A stretch of 64,000 nt of DNA, from positions 160,001 to 224,000 of IMG/VR virus record IMGVR_UViG_3300042256_000013. The stretch is one strand, 5' to 3'. The notes beneath the pieces were generated by a model that worked only from the letters and a program-made list of their open reading frames with translations, searched no databases and was not told the origin of the DNA. The first letter of the stretch is position 1, and every line of letters starts with the position of its first letter. This DNA comes from a virus (lineage: Duplodnaviria > Heunggongvirae > Uroviricota > Caudoviricetes). Shown piece after piece: positions 21,078-35,390 of the stretch. The position numbers and the translations under genes were made by a program.

Positions 21078-21580
21078 TAGTCACCAATTCCTAAAAATAA
21101 ATCTTGGATTTTTTCATTTTCATCTGCAAAATATACACATGGTGGATTTCCACCGGGTTGAAGTGGTACTGCAAGAAGATTTTTCTTAGGAAGCATTGGT
21201 ATCTGCCACTTAGTTGTTAATGTGAATACTCTTAGTACTTTAACTTGTTCATATCGTGGATACATAGATCGAATAGGATTGTAAACGAAAGCATGTGGCT
21301 CTTTCATATTCAAAATATTCTCAATAGTACACATTTCCATCATACCAGTGTCTTCATCTCCGAGCAAGATTTGCCAACTGAGAGGCACCTGGACAATATG
21401 ATTTCCAATTTGTAAGTCAGCACTAATACTATTAAACGAAACTGTATTCAGAATATGTTTAAAATAGTAATCAGCATTTTCAACCGAGCTTAGATCTAAT
21501 ACGCAGTACATTTCTTCTGGAATGGTATCAGTTACCAAATCCATTTCAAATGCATAATTTTCAGGGGTTAATACGTTCAT
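21077..21580 (-). CDS. Hypothetical protein
   Basis: 167-aa beta-rich ORF. Confidence 0.65.
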   Translation of the reverse strand: MNVLTPENYAFEMDLVTDTIPEEMYCVLDLSSVENADYYFKHILNTVSFNSISADLQIGNHIVQVPLSWQILLGDEDTGMMEMCTIENILNMKEPHAFVYNPIRSMYPRYEQVKVLRVFTLTTKWQIPMLPKKNLLAVPLQPGGNPPCVYFADENEKIQDLFLGIGD

Positions 21581-21589
21581 GTGAATTCC

Positions 21590-22030
21590 TTAGTAGTAAT
21601 TGTCATTTTCATCTTCGTCAGAATCCAGATAATAATCTTCATCATCATCTGAACTGCCGTAGAACTCCAATCCATAAGTTTCACACAATTCTTGAATTTT
21701 ATCAGTGTCAGTATCAAGGTACGCATCAAAATTACCAGTTACACTGATAACGTCAATGTACGATTTACCATCAGTACTGGCATAGATAATATCATATTTG
21801 CGTTCTTGATCAAACTTATCATCTAATCGAACTTTAATGTCGTAGATGTTGACCCAAGAATCACCGTTGCAATCGCAACGGTACACATAGGTATCTGTAG
21901 TTTCCAACTCTGGAATAAAGTCTACAGAGAATACCATGTCGTCAATCATTGATTCTTCCGTTATCAGGGCATCAATGATTTCTAAAATTTCAGAATCGCC
22001 AATAAAGGCAATACTTGATCGAAGTTCCAT
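21590..22030 (-). CDS. Acidic hypothetical protein
   Basis: 146 aa, D/E-rich; own promoter. Confidence 0.65.
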   Translation of the reverse strand: MELRSSIAFIGDSEILEIIDALITEESMIDDMVFSVDFIPELETTDTYVYRCDCNGDSWVNIYDIKVRLDDKFDQERKYDIIYASTDGKSYIDVISVTGNFDAYLDTDTDKIQELCETYGLEFYGSSDDDEDYYLDSDEDENDNYY

Positions 22031-22062
22031 TTCAAAATATCCTTATTATTTTGTTTGTCTAT

Positions 22063-22091
22063 ATTATAGCACAAAAATGCCATTCATTCCA
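22063..22091 (-). promoter_or_regulatory. Phage promoter TGGAAT-N17-TATAAT
   Basis: tggaat gaatggcatttttgtgc tataat. Confidence 0.78.
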
Positions 22092-23568
22092 TTTTTTCCC
22101 AATCTTCCACTACCATTTCGACATATGGATATTGGACTTCTTTATAATATGCTATTCGTTCTCTTGAGTGCTTAGCACTGTACTTATTAGAACCGAATAT
22201 ATCATAAATTTCAACATGGTCTTTATCTTCAGCACGGCGTAAACCACGACCGATACTTTGAATAGTACGAACAAAACTTTTTCCTGGTTCGATAAGTACA
22301 ACATTGTACAAACGACTAATACTGATACCAGTACTCGCAACACCATAGGTAGCGATCAATATCTTATTATCAGCCCATCGTATCTCACCATAGGATGCTT
22401 CACGGTCTTTCTTCTTAGTATTACCACGAACGAACTCTGACCTTGGGATACTTAATGCATCACAAAGTAGTTCACCTGCTTCTAATCTATCTACTAACAC
22501 TAATGTGTTACCAGATTCAGCAATTGCTGAGATTAAAGTAGCAATATAAGACATTCGATCATTATCAGTTACCAAATACTTTAGTTCTTCCTGATAATTT
22601 CCAAATTTTAGAGCACTTTTTAATTTAATGCAATTCACATTACATGTACTAAGAATCTTCTTATCCTGTAGTTCTTTAGCAGATATAGTGTAGATAACAT
22701 CACCTACATTACATTTTATCTTTGCTGCTAGTACTGGATCTTTAGGAATAGTACCTGTCAAGCCCCAACGTAGAGGAATGTTACGCATTACTTGTCCTAG
22801 TACTGCATGTAGTGCTTCTGCTGCACTGGTATGTGCTTCATCTACTATTACTGCAATTACACCATTAATGAAGTCATGAACATCTTCTTCAGTAAGTTCT
22901 ACTTCACCTTTCTTTGTCTTTTTCCACAAAGAGTTTAATGATTGCCAAGTTGTAATAGTATGTTGATGACCAAGTTCTTTTTTATCACCATAAAACACAC
23001 CCGCATCTAATCCGACCATTGCATAGTCGTTGTATGTTTGTTGTACTAAGTCCTTATTAGGAACAATTACGATACTTCTACCATATTTTTCCACGGACTT
23101 AGACATTGCAGCGGTAATTAATGTCTTTCCTGAACTTGTACTTGCTAATAGTAATCCATGTGGATTTTGTAGACAAGTGTTTACAGCGTTTACTTGGTGT
23201 TCACGGAGGATAATCTTTTTACCTTCCATGTGATGACCCGCTGGGAATTCTACATAATCAAAAATGTTTTCATCAATTGCATCGAACTCAAAATTATGTT
23301 CAATACGTTGATCATCAATCTCAATCATTACATCATGTTTTTCAAGAATTGGAAGTAATTGATCCAACATGTGGTAGTGAGTACTACCACCCATATTCAT
23401 AAAGTTTACCTTTCCATCCCAACGACCCATTCGACCTGCTGGAGTGAATTTTGCGTATGGTAATACGTAGGATACTTTACGAATCATTTCTTGACGAACA
23501 TTAGGGGCAAGCCCCTCAAATTTACAGTTAACTTCATCCTGAAGTATTAACTTACAAGTTCCACTCAT
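22084..23568 (-). CDS. uvsW: UvsW-like SF2 DNA helicase
   Basis: GRWDGK, LREHQ, STSSGKT, VDEAH, GLTGT, STGISI, QSIGRGLR. Confidence 0.93.
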   Translation of the reverse strand: MSGTCKLILQDEVNCKFEGLAPNVRQEMIRKVSYVLPYAKFTPAGRMGRWDGKVNFMNMGGSTHYHMLDQLLPILEKHDVMIEIDDQRIEHNFEFDAIDENIFDYVEFPAGHHMEGKKIILREHQVNAVNTCLQNPHGLLLASTSSGKTLITAAMSKSVEKYGRSIVIVPNKDLVQQTYNDYAMVGLDAGVFYGDKKELGHQHTITTWQSLNSLWKKTKKGEVELTEEDVHDFINGVIAVIVDEAHTSAAEALHAVLGQVMRNIPLRWGLTGTIPKDPVLAAKIKCNVGDVIYTISAKELQDKKILSTCNVNCIKLKSALKFGNYQEELKYLVTDNDRMSYIATLISAIAESGNTLVLVDRLEAGELLCDALSIPRSEFVRGNTKKKDREASYGEIRWADNKILIATYGVASTGISISRLYNVVLIEPGKSFVRTIQSIGRGLRRAEDKDHVEIYDIFGSNKYSAKHSRERIAYYKEVQYPYVEMVVEDWEKME

Positions 23569-23596
23569 CCTTGAGTCCTTTATCTGTTTTTAATTC

Positions 23597-24484
23597 TTAA
23601 CCTTCTGGATATTCTTGTCCATCATGAAGATCCATATCAGTATTGTCGAACGAAATAAGACCAGCCTCGATTCTACGAGTAATTTCCACTTCTACAGTAT
23701 GAGCAAGGTCTGCATCGAAGTTTGGCATTTCAGAATTCATTACATCCATGTTCATAATCATCCATTCCAGATAATTCATGGGTACATCTTCCATAGCCCA
23801 ACCTTTATGCTTACCAATAGTCATAGTACTGTAGCATATTGGTGTATTAGCTAGTTTTACTACTTGAGAACCAATTTCCTTACTGGTATCAATCAAGTTT
23901 CGTTCGATTGCTATATTTACTAAGTGCGAAAGTACCTTATATGTCATATAAACATCGTCTTCAGCACTATGAGGAACGATTTTATGTGTACAAGTCTTAT
24001 ATAACTCAAATTTGAACCATAAGAAGCTCAATGTGAGGTTTTTAAATTCAATATCTTCTGCAAATAGCTTTTTAGCCAGTTTCAAAGTACAAATCCAGCT
24101 TTCATCATTATCAAACGATGGCATTTCCACAAATGGAAGATGTTTTGAGTTGTTTTTCTGTAACATTCGACGGTCGAACTGCACATTGTGTCCTACATAG
24201 TACTGTTTAAGGTCGAATAACGGATAAAACTCAGTATGTTTGTCCGAAAATGAAGATTCGTTTTCTAGATCTTCAGTTGTAATGAAGTGTACGGCTGATG
24301 CTCCTGCTGGAACGTCATGCGTTGGTTTGAAACGTGTTGTATAGTTGTATACGTCATCAAATGAGTCATCTGAACTCACTGGAAACGACGCACTGAACTC
24401 AATAATGTCTGAATCATCATCAGTTCCAGTTGTTTCAGTATCTAATATCATAACATTATTGTAAAAATTGTCAAGCTCTTTCAT
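23597..24484 (-). CDS. DEDDh 3'-5' exonuclease (DnaQ/ExoX-like)
   Basis: ILDTETTG, VGHNVQFD, HSAEDDV; C-terminal MTIGKHKG...VPMNYLEW. Confidence 0.9.
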   Translation of the reverse strand: MKELDNFYNNVMILDTETTGTDDDSDIIEFSASFPVSSDDSFDDVYNYTTRFKPTHDVPAGASAVHFITTEDLENESSFSDKHTEFYPLFDLKQYYVGHNVQFDRRMLQKNNSKHLPFVEMPSFDNDESWICTLKLAKKLFAEDIEFKNLTLSFLWFKFELYKTCTHKIVPHSAEDDVYMTYKVLSHLVNIAIERNLIDTSKEIGSQVVKLANTPICYSTMTIGKHKGWAMEDVPMNYLEWMIMNMDVMNSEMPNFDADLAHTVEVEITRRIEAGLISFDNTDMDLHDGQEYPEG

Positions 24485-24501
24485 AGCTTTCTCCAAAAAG
24501 C

Positions 24502-24525
24502 AAAAAGGACGCATAAGCGTCCTTT
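24502..24525 (-). terminator. Intrinsic terminator (repeated hairpin)
   Basis: aaaaaggacgc-ataa-gcgtccttt; same core at 43832, near copy at 34118. Confidence 0.8.
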
Positions 24526-24527
24526 AA

Positions 24528-24992
24528 TTAATCTAATCGTGCGTCTTCAATTCCAGCAGTTCTAAGTTTAACTATATTGTTCAACTGAAATGCTTTCATT
24601 TCTAACGATTTTACTATCCCTAATAGTTGATTTCTAATGTATGCTACATCTGCAATCAATATAGAGAGAGCAACAACATCTGGATCACCTTCAACGTACT
24701 TTTTACAGTCCGATGAAGTAAGCTGACGCTTATAGTGTTCATAAAGTTGTTTAAATTTCTCAGATTCGAGTTGTTTTAACTCTATTTCCAAGACTTCAAG
24801 TACTGTTTCGACTTGTTGGAGTTGGCTGAACCGAAGTTCGTGATAAGCTGGCAATCTTTGAGATAATGTTTCAATAACACCAGATTGCTTTACTTCACGC
24901 CTGGCGTCTTCTAACTCATTTTCAAAGAAATCGACCATATCGACTATCTTTGATTTATCATCTTTGATGATCCAATGCCATGCTTTAGCCAT
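24528..24992 (-). CDS. uvsY: UvsY-like recombination mediator
   Basis: Helical 154 aa after uvsX; KKYVEGDPDV, KAFQLNNIVKLR. Confidence 0.8.
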   Translation of the reverse strand: MAKAWHWIIKDDKSKIVDMVDFFENELEDARREVKQSGVIETLSQRLPAYHELRFSQLQQVETVLEVLEIELKQLESEKFKQLYEHYKRQLTSSDCKKYVEGDPDVVALSILIADVAYIRNQLLGIVKSLEMKAFQLNNIVKLRTAGIEDARLD

Positions 24993-24993
24993 C

Positions 24994-26151
24994 TTATTCC
25001 TCTACTACTTCTACAATATCATCTGTATCTTCTACATTGTCTAAGTCAATATCTGATCCGAAATCTTCATCACCTTTATCTGCTTCAGTTACTACTGCAA
25101 TCAGTGGATGACGAGTGAATTGTGCCATAATTAGGTCAAGGCAAGAATTGTTATTCTTTTCCCAAGCTTTACGGAATTGTTTGATTTCTTCACCAGTATC
25201 AATATCAACATAAAGTAAGCTATTGCCTGATTTAGTTACTAGACCACGTTTTTCGAACATATCTAATAGACCACTGTATGGGTTCATACCAGTGTTATAA
25301 GGAATTTTAATTTCAACATCTTCGAATGGTTTATTATAACGTGTTTTCATGATTTTACATGCAGCACGAATACCATTTACTTGTGAAACTTTGTTACCAT
25401 CCTCATCTTCTTTTAGTTTTAGTTTACGCATTGCTACCATAATAGATGAAGCATATACGAAACCAGCACCACCAGAAACTTTAGGATCTGGATCGAACAT
25501 ATCTTGAGATGCGTAGGTATGGTTAGTTGCAATTAGGCCGATATTTAAATCACCGAACATGTTTACGCAGTTCGTTACCAATGCTTTTAGTTGTTTAGCT
25601 TTACGACCCATGTCACCTTTCATATCACCGTTCTCAAATTGAGCGGTTTCTGTAGGTGTCATCAACATACCAAGTGAATCAATTACGAATAGTAGCTTAG
25701 GACGTTCTTCACGTGGAAGATCACCGAACTGATCACGATAGTCTTTTACAACATCAGCGATTAGTTTTGCTACGTCATCAATCATCGCAGCGTTAGCTTT
25801 GAACATCATTGATTCATCAGTATCTACTCCAAGATCTGTTAACCACTTATCATCAAGTGCGTTTTCAGAGTCAATTACGTATGGGTATATGCCTTGTTTT
25901 TGTGCTTCGCGGATTACATTACCGGAAACAATATAAGATTTACCAGCACCAGACTCACCAGCGAATACAGTTACTTTACCAAGTGGAATACCACCGTGGA
26001 AATCACCGCTGATAAGATAGTTCAATGCATAGTTACCAGTACTAATCCAAGTGTCAGGATCGTGAAATCCGATACTTACACCAGTCATTTTCTTGATACT
26101 ATTGGAACTATTTTTGATGATGCTTGCTAATCCAACAGACGTTTTTTTCAT
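24994..26151 (-). CDS. uvsX: UvsX/RecA recombinase
   Basis: STGNYALN...GGIPLGKVTVFAGESGAGKS, IDSENA, VIDSLGML, TNHTY, SGGAG. Confidence 0.95.
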   Translation of the reverse strand: MKKTSVGLASIIKNSSNSIKKMTGVSIGFHDPDTWISTGNYALNYLISGDFHGGIPLGKVTVFAGESGAGKSYIVSGNVIREAQKQGIYPYVIDSENALDDKWLTDLGVDTDESMMFKANAAMIDDVAKLIADVVKDYRDQFGDLPREERPKLLFVIDSLGMLMTPTETAQFENGDMKGDMGRKAKQLKALVTNCVNMFGDLNIGLIATNHTYASQDMFDPDPKVSGGAGFVYASSIMVAMRKLKLKEDEDGNKVSQVNGIRAACKIMKTRYNKPFEDVEIKIPYNTGMNPYSGLLDMFEKRGLVTKSGNSLLYVDIDTGEEIKQFRKAWEKNNNSCLDLIMAQFTRHPLIAVVTEADKGDEDFGSDIDLDNVEDTDDIVEVVEE

Positions 26152-26170
26152 ATTATCTCTCCATGAAATG

Positions 26171-26197
26171 AAATCAGGGCAAATCCTTTGCCCTGAT
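26171..26197 (-). terminator. Hairpin/terminator after gp32
   Basis: atcagggcaaa-gga-tttgccctgat then tt. Confidence 0.65.
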
Positions 26198-26210
26198 AAA
26201 ATCTAACTAA

Positions 26211-27260
26211 TTAGTTACCGCTTTTAGCCTTTAGCTTAGCTACTAAGTCTGCTGGTGATAGCTTCTCTTTTGGTGCTGCTTCGGTAGAAGCTGCTGGAGT
26301 TGCCGCAGGAGCAGATTCAGTTACTACAGGCTTGCTTTCTACTACTGTTTCTGTTGCTTTAACAGGAGCAGTTTTAGTAGCTGCTGGTACTGAAGTTGGA
26401 GTGTCTGTTGTGGAACCAGTTGCTGGTTTCTGAACACCTGCTGGGCGATAGAACGCAGCCCAACGTGCTGGATCATACGCTTCGCCATTTACGGATGCTT
26501 CGAACATCTCTTTGATAGCTACTAGTTCCTCTGGAGTTGGCTGTTTAGGCATGAACTCGCTAAGGTTGAATAGACCGTATGTATCTACAGCGGTGCGTTC
26601 GTCTTCGTTTAGTGGACGCTCGGAGAATTTGAACTGAGATGCGTCATAGTTGTTGAATCCACCAGCGTTTTTAGACTTGATCACACGGAAATCACGACCA
26701 TGTTCAAAATCGGTTGGTAGTTCTTCTACATCAGGGTTCATTAGAATTGATTTGATCTTTTCGAACAAATCTTTGTTCACTAGAACGCGACGGATTGGGT
26801 TCTCTGGAGCGTTGTCATCTTTGACTTCTACAGAGTTTGGAGCTACTAGGCATTGGAATAGATAAGATTTCTTTTTCCAGTACTTAGATGCTTGTTTAGA
26901 AAGATCTTCGTTTCCAGTATCTTTTGCGATTTTATACCATTGACGAATCTCGGTAAGAATCGGGCAAGAGTTTGCAACCCACATTTCATTACATGGTACT
27001 TGTAGACGAACTTTATCGGTGTGAACACCTTTAACGCCGTTGAATTCGAGATTAATCATCTCACGTTCACGCCAGAAGTACTGGTTATTGTGGTCGCCGT
27101 CTGGAAGAAAGCGTAGGTTAAGATCAGCGTTCTCTGGAATGTTCCAGAAAGCTAGGAATGCGTCAGGTTGGCGTTCGCCAGTGAAGGTTCCATTTTTTAC
27201 TGCGTCTTGTTTTGCTTGTTCTGCTGCTAATAGAGCACGAATTTCTGCTAATGATGGCAT
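26211..27260 (-). CDS. Single-stranded DNA-binding protein (T4 gp32-like)
   Basis: LRFLPD, VPC..W...CPI, YWKKKSY, GRDF...K, YDASQF; highly-expressed codon usage. Confidence 0.88.
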   Translation of the reverse strand: MPSLAEIRALLAAEQAKQDAVKNGTFTGERQPDAFLAFWNIPENADLNLRFLPDGDHNNQYFWREREMINLEFNGVKGVHTDKVRLQVPCNEMWVANSCPILTEIRQWYKIAKDTGNEDLSKQASKYWKKKSYLFQCLVAPNSVEVKDDNAPENPIRRVLVNKDLFEKIKSILMNPDVEELPTDFEHGRDFRVIKSKNAGGFNNYDASQFKFSERPLNEDERTAVDTYGLFNLSEFMPKQPTPEELVAIKEMFEASVNGEAYDPARWAAFYRPAGVQKPATGSTTDTPTSVPAATKTAPVKATETVVESKPVVTESAPAATPAASTEAAPKEKLSPADLVAKLKAKSGN

Positions 27261-27336
27261 TTTGATTTCCTTATCAATTTGTTTCTTTGTTACTAAGTTT
27301 TGTTTCTTTGTTTGTCATTGGCTCCTTGCCGTTGAC
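27261..27336 (-). promoter_or_regulatory. Putative gp32 translational autoregulation leader
   Basis: Stem gtca..ggc-aagga-gcc..tgac followed by two AACAAAGAAACAAA repeats before the RBS. Confidence 0.55.
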
Positions 27337-27342
27337 ATTTCT

Positions 27343-27371
27343 ATTATACCACAATTTCTTATGGTGTTTCA
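27343..27371 (-). promoter_or_regulatory. Phage promoter TGAAAC-N17-TATAAT
   Basis: tgaaac accataagaaattgtgg tataat. Confidence 0.8.
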
Positions 27372-27427
27372 TTTTTTTCTGTTTTTTCGTCTCAGATGAC
27401 TATCCAAGTTTTCGCTTGGTTATGTAC

Positions 27428-27456
27428 ATTATACCACAAAATGGCATAGTGTTCCA
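27428..27456 (-). promoter_or_regulatory. Phage promoter TGGAAC-N17-TATAAT (tandem, upstream of gp32)
   Basis: tggaac actatgccattttgtgg tataat. Confidence 0.8.
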
Positions 27457-27484
27457 TCTATTTAGTGAATTGGGTTGGGAGCTT

Positions 27485-28786
<1,302 letters not shown>

Positions 28787-28809
28787 TCAAATCTGTATAG
28801 ATATATTTA

Positions 28810-31150
<2,341 letters not shown>

Positions 31151-31160
31151 AATCTTCCTT

Positions 31161-31186
31161 AAAAAGTACTACCAAAGCAGTACTTT
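31161..31186 (-). terminator. Hairpin/terminator built from two AGTACT sites
   Basis: aaagtact-accaaagc-agtacttt with flanking A/T tracts. Confidence 0.55.
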
Positions 31187-31192
31187 ATTCAT

Positions 31193-31692
31193 TTATATCT
31201 GTTTTAACGTATACGTTACATCCATATAGGACTTAAAAGGCCCATATAGTGCTTCTGTATTGTTTCTTTCGTTATAAATGTCCACACTAAGGGTTAAACG
31301 TGGCAAATATGTTCCGTTTTCCCCTCTTACAAGCCACCAACCCGGATAAAAACGCTTTTTAGAGCGTTGACTCTTACGAAAAGAGCCTATTCCAAGTGGG
31401 TCATCATTCTGAATGTCAATAATGTTATCAGTATCATTAATAGGATACTCACCCAAGGCTTTTGATGTATTAGTACTATCAGTTACTTCGATTTCAGCAT
31501 AAGTGAATTCTTCACCTAATGCGTCTTCTAGTTCTTTAATGTTACTAAACTTCAAAGAACCTTCTGAAGAAAAGAACTCAATACCAGTACGTTCAGTAGT
31601 ACCTTCATCGTAATTCACTAAAATACCCATCTTTTCACCAGTATTGGTTTCTACAATGAATGAGTACTCAGTTAGAATTTTTAAAATAGCCA

Positions 31693-31693
<1 letters not shown>
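31193..31693 (-). CDS. Hypothetical protein
   Basis: 166-aa ORF coupled to rnh. Confidence 0.65.
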
Positions 31694-32703
<1,010 letters not shown>

Positions 32704-32710
32704 TTACTTC

Positions 32711-32739
32711 ATTATACCACATTTTTATATGTGGTTCCA
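32711..32739 (-). promoter_or_regulatory. Phage promoter TGGAAC-N17-TATAAT
   Basis: tggaac cacatataaaaatgtgg tataat. Confidence 0.8.
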
Positions 32740-32869
32740 TTTAAGAAATAAATAGTTGCATATAAACATTTTATTTGAATTTTTTACGTTATTAATAGTA
32801 ACGAAAAGGATTTGATAAATAACATTAAGCAGGTATTAAGCCTGCACCAAATTAACAAGGAGATTTCTA

Positions 32870-33430
32870 ATGAGTCTTAATTCTTTTGATCGTAACTATG
32901 GTATGTCTGCTAATAGTCGCGAATTTTGGGGTGGTGATAACGGTTTCGTAACTGTAGTTATTACTCTACCAGTTGATGTAGAAATTGGTGTTTCTGCTGT
33001 AGCATTCGATGGTACTGAAGCTGGCGATAACGCTGCTCAAACTGCACTATCTGCTGCTGAAAAAAATCAATTCATCATCGCTCAAGCTCTTGCACAACGT
33101 GCAGTTCTAGTAACCACTTCTGCATTGTCAACTGATGTTGATCCTACTGCTGCTGGTTTCGCAACTGTTGGTGGAAACGTAATTGCTTTCGGTTCTGCTG
33201 GTACTCTTGCAGACGGTTCTTTCGGTATTACTTATATCGTTGAACGCCAAGATGTGTTTACTAAACAAGATGGCAAACCTGGTTCTACTTATGCACTAGT
33301 TGTTGATCCAACAACTGAAATTGCTACCAATCTAGCACAAGCTGGTGTATTCCAGAAGAAAGACGGTACTCCTGCTCTTGCTGCTGCTGTTGGTATCAAA
33401 GTGTTCAAAGCACTTCCAGTACTACTATAA
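32870..33430 (+). CDS. Abundant virion protein (decoration-like), paralog A
   Basis: Ala/Gly/Val-rich, highly-expressed codon bias, GATAAATA at 32814-32821, RBS aaggag. Confidence 0.65.
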   Translation: MSLNSFDRNYGMSANSREFWGGDNGFVTVVITLPVDVEIGVSAVAFDGTEAGDNAAQTALSAAEKNQFIIAQALAQRAVLVTTSALSTDVDPTAAGFATVGGNVIAFGSAGTLADGSFGITYIVERQDVFTKQDGKPGSTYALVVDPTTEIATNLAQAGVFQKKDGTPALAAAVGIKVFKALPVLL

Positions 33431-33448
33431 TTTCAAGGAGAATAAAAT

Positions 33449-34105
33449 ATGTTAGAACGTATTAATGGTTTCTCCGAATCTGGAGTACTAGGTTATTTCT
33501 ATGGTAAGAACGCTCTCGTTTCTATCGCTATCGGCGGTGCTTCAAACGTAGTTGTTAAAGTTACTGGTGCTGTTGCATCTTTCGCTGAACTACAACGTTT
33601 CCTAAACACTGAAGATGTTGATGCTATCGTAGAATTCCTAAACGACAAAGGTGTTGTTCGTGTTGATGGAACTGCTTTCGTAGCTGTTTCCCTTGAAGCT
33701 GACTATACCGCTGCTTATGCTGCTCAAACTAACGTTAAACGTGTTATTGACATTGTTCAACAACGTGCAGTAGTACTAAGTACTTCTCTAACTGCTCAAG
33801 CTGTAGCTGTTTCTGGCTTCCGTAATGCACCATCAGGTGTTACTGCGGCTGCTTCTGTTGCTGCTGCTAACGTTATTACCTTCTTGGTAGAACGTGCGAA
33901 CGTGTTTGATAAAGACCTAGTAACCTTCCAAGGTGTACCAGCTAACCAAATCGATGAAGGCCGTCTACTTATTGATGACCTAACAGGTGTACCAATGCTT
34001 GCTGCTAATGGTTCAGAAGTTATTCTAGCTTCTTCCGCTACCGCTGCTACCGCTGGTAACTTCGCGATTAAAGTTTACAAAGCTATTCCAGCATTGTCTA
34101 TCTAA
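33449..34105 (+). CDS. Abundant virion protein (decoration-like), paralog B
   Basis: QRAVVLSTS, ITFLVERANVF, IKVYKAIP match paralog A QRAVLVTTS, ITYIVERQDVF, IKVFKALP. Confidence 0.65.
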   Translation: MLERINGFSESGVLGYFYGKNALVSIAIGGASNVVVKVTGAVASFAELQRFLNTEDVDAIVEFLNDKGVVRVDGTAFVAVSLEADYTAAYAAQTNVKRVIDIVQQRAVVLSTSLTAQAVAVSGFRNAPSGVTAAASVAAANVITFLVERANVFDKDLVTFQGVPANQIDEGRLLIDDLTGVPMLAANGSEVILASSATAATAGNFAIKVYKAIPALSI

Positions 34106-34117
34106 TAAATCCAAACG

Positions 34118-34147
34118 AAAAAAGGACGCAACATGCGTCCTTTTTTT
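34118..34147. terminator. Bidirectional intrinsic terminator
   Basis: aaaaaaggacgca-aca-tgcgtcctttttt between convergent genes. Confidence 0.88.
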
Positions 34148-34871
34148 ATTCATAAATTTTGAAATTCGGATCAATAGAACCAGTCTGTTGATTCATCTCG
34201 TCGTTTACGCTTGTTAGCTTTGTGTCATAGTCACCGCTATAATCTTCTGTTGCTAACTTTCGACCCCAATCTTTAATAAAGTTATCGATAATTTCTGCTT
34301 CGTCAACACCAGGATGACCTTCAGCACGTAACTTTTTCCAGAAATATTCGTTGTAATCGAATATCATACTGATTTCATTACTTTCCTCATCGAATTCCAC
34401 ATCAAATGCAAACCAAGGCTTACGATTAAATGTTGCTAATTCTTTTTCGTACTCGTTCTCAGTAATTTCTTCGTATTTTAAAGAATATTTTAAAGCTGCA
34501 ATGTATTTCTTATCTTCATCTTTGATGAGTTCAATGAATTGTTTATCATATTCCTTTTCATCAATTTTATGGAATTTAAGATCTAATTCCAACTTATCAA
34601 GTACTACAGTGTCTTTTCCAATAACTGCATGTTTGAATTGCAAATCAACTTTATTCACTTCGAATTCATATTCAGTAAATTCTCCGTGTTTGTATCGAAT
34701 TTCATTTTTAGCTACATCGCGTTCATGAAGTGTTAGATATAAAATATCTGCACGTTTCAAGTCAGCGTCTAAGCCCTCAAAGTTAAAATCGATTAATGCA
34801 AGCTCTTTAGCTTGTCCTTTTAGACCCCAATGTGAAGGGTACATCCAGAATGGTATAATTCTCTTAGCCAT
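34146..34871 (-). CDS. Hypothetical protein
   Basis: From MAKRIIPFWMYPSHWGLKG. Confidence 0.65.
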   Translation of the reverse strand: MAKRIIPFWMYPSHWGLKGQAKELALIDFNFEGLDADLKRADILYLTLHERDVAKNEIRYKHGEFTEYEFEVNKVDLQFKHAVIGKDTVVLDKLELDLKFHKIDEKEYDKQFIELIKDEDKKYIAALKYSLKYEEITENEYEKELATFNRKPWFAFDVEFDEESNEISMIFDYNEYFWKKLRAEGHPGVDEAEIIDNFIKDWGRKLATEDYSGDYDTKLTSVNDEMNQQTGSIDPNFKIYE

Positions 34872-35163
34872 TTTTCTTCCCAAATATATCACCAATTTTC
34901 ATAACATAATAATTTTTGCTATCTTCTTCTAATGGGATATTTAGTGAAGATTTACCAAAAACGATCACATCCCCAGGATTTAGATTATGTTCTTCACGAG
35001 AACCATCATTAAGTACTCGTCCTGGGCCGACTGATATGATAGTACCAGTACATGGCGGTTCAACTTTAGTCAAAATTAGACCACCTGAACTCTTTGTTAC
35101 GCTCTCTAGTAATTCAACGATAACATAATCATTAATTGCTTTTAAACTCATATTTGACTCCAT
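34864..35163 (-). CDS. groES: Co-chaperonin GroES
   Basis: LKAINDYVIV, KSSGGLIL, GTIISVGPG, GDVIVF, DIFG. Confidence 0.9.
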   Translation of the reverse strand: MESNMSLKAINDYVIVELLESVTKSSGGLILTKVEPPCTGTIISVGPGRVLNDGSREEHNLNPGDVIVFGKSSLNIPLEEDSKNYYVMKIGDIFGKKNG

Positions 35164-35169
35164 TCAAAT

Positions 35170-35379
35170 TTAGTATCGTCCAGTAGTATTGAACCAATTT
35201 CCTTTAAAATTAAAGGCAGTTCCTTTATTACCGGGTGTAAACATTTCAAATTTCATGCACTTTTCAGTACCGCATTGTTCACAATCATATGCTTTATTTT
35301 CACGTTCATCATACTTGACAATCTTTTCGATACTATGATGACAATCTTCTTTTTCACAACGGTAAGTATAAAGTGGCAT
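35170..35379 (-). CDS. FmdB-family zinc-ribbon protein
   Basis: MPLYTYRC..C, CEQCG, FNFKGNWF.T. Confidence 0.85.
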   Translation of the reverse strand: MPLYTYRCEKEDCHHSIEKIVKYDERENKAYDCEQCGTEKCMKFEMFTPGNKGTAFNFKGNWFNTTGRY

Positions 35380-35390
35380 GTTCTATCCTT

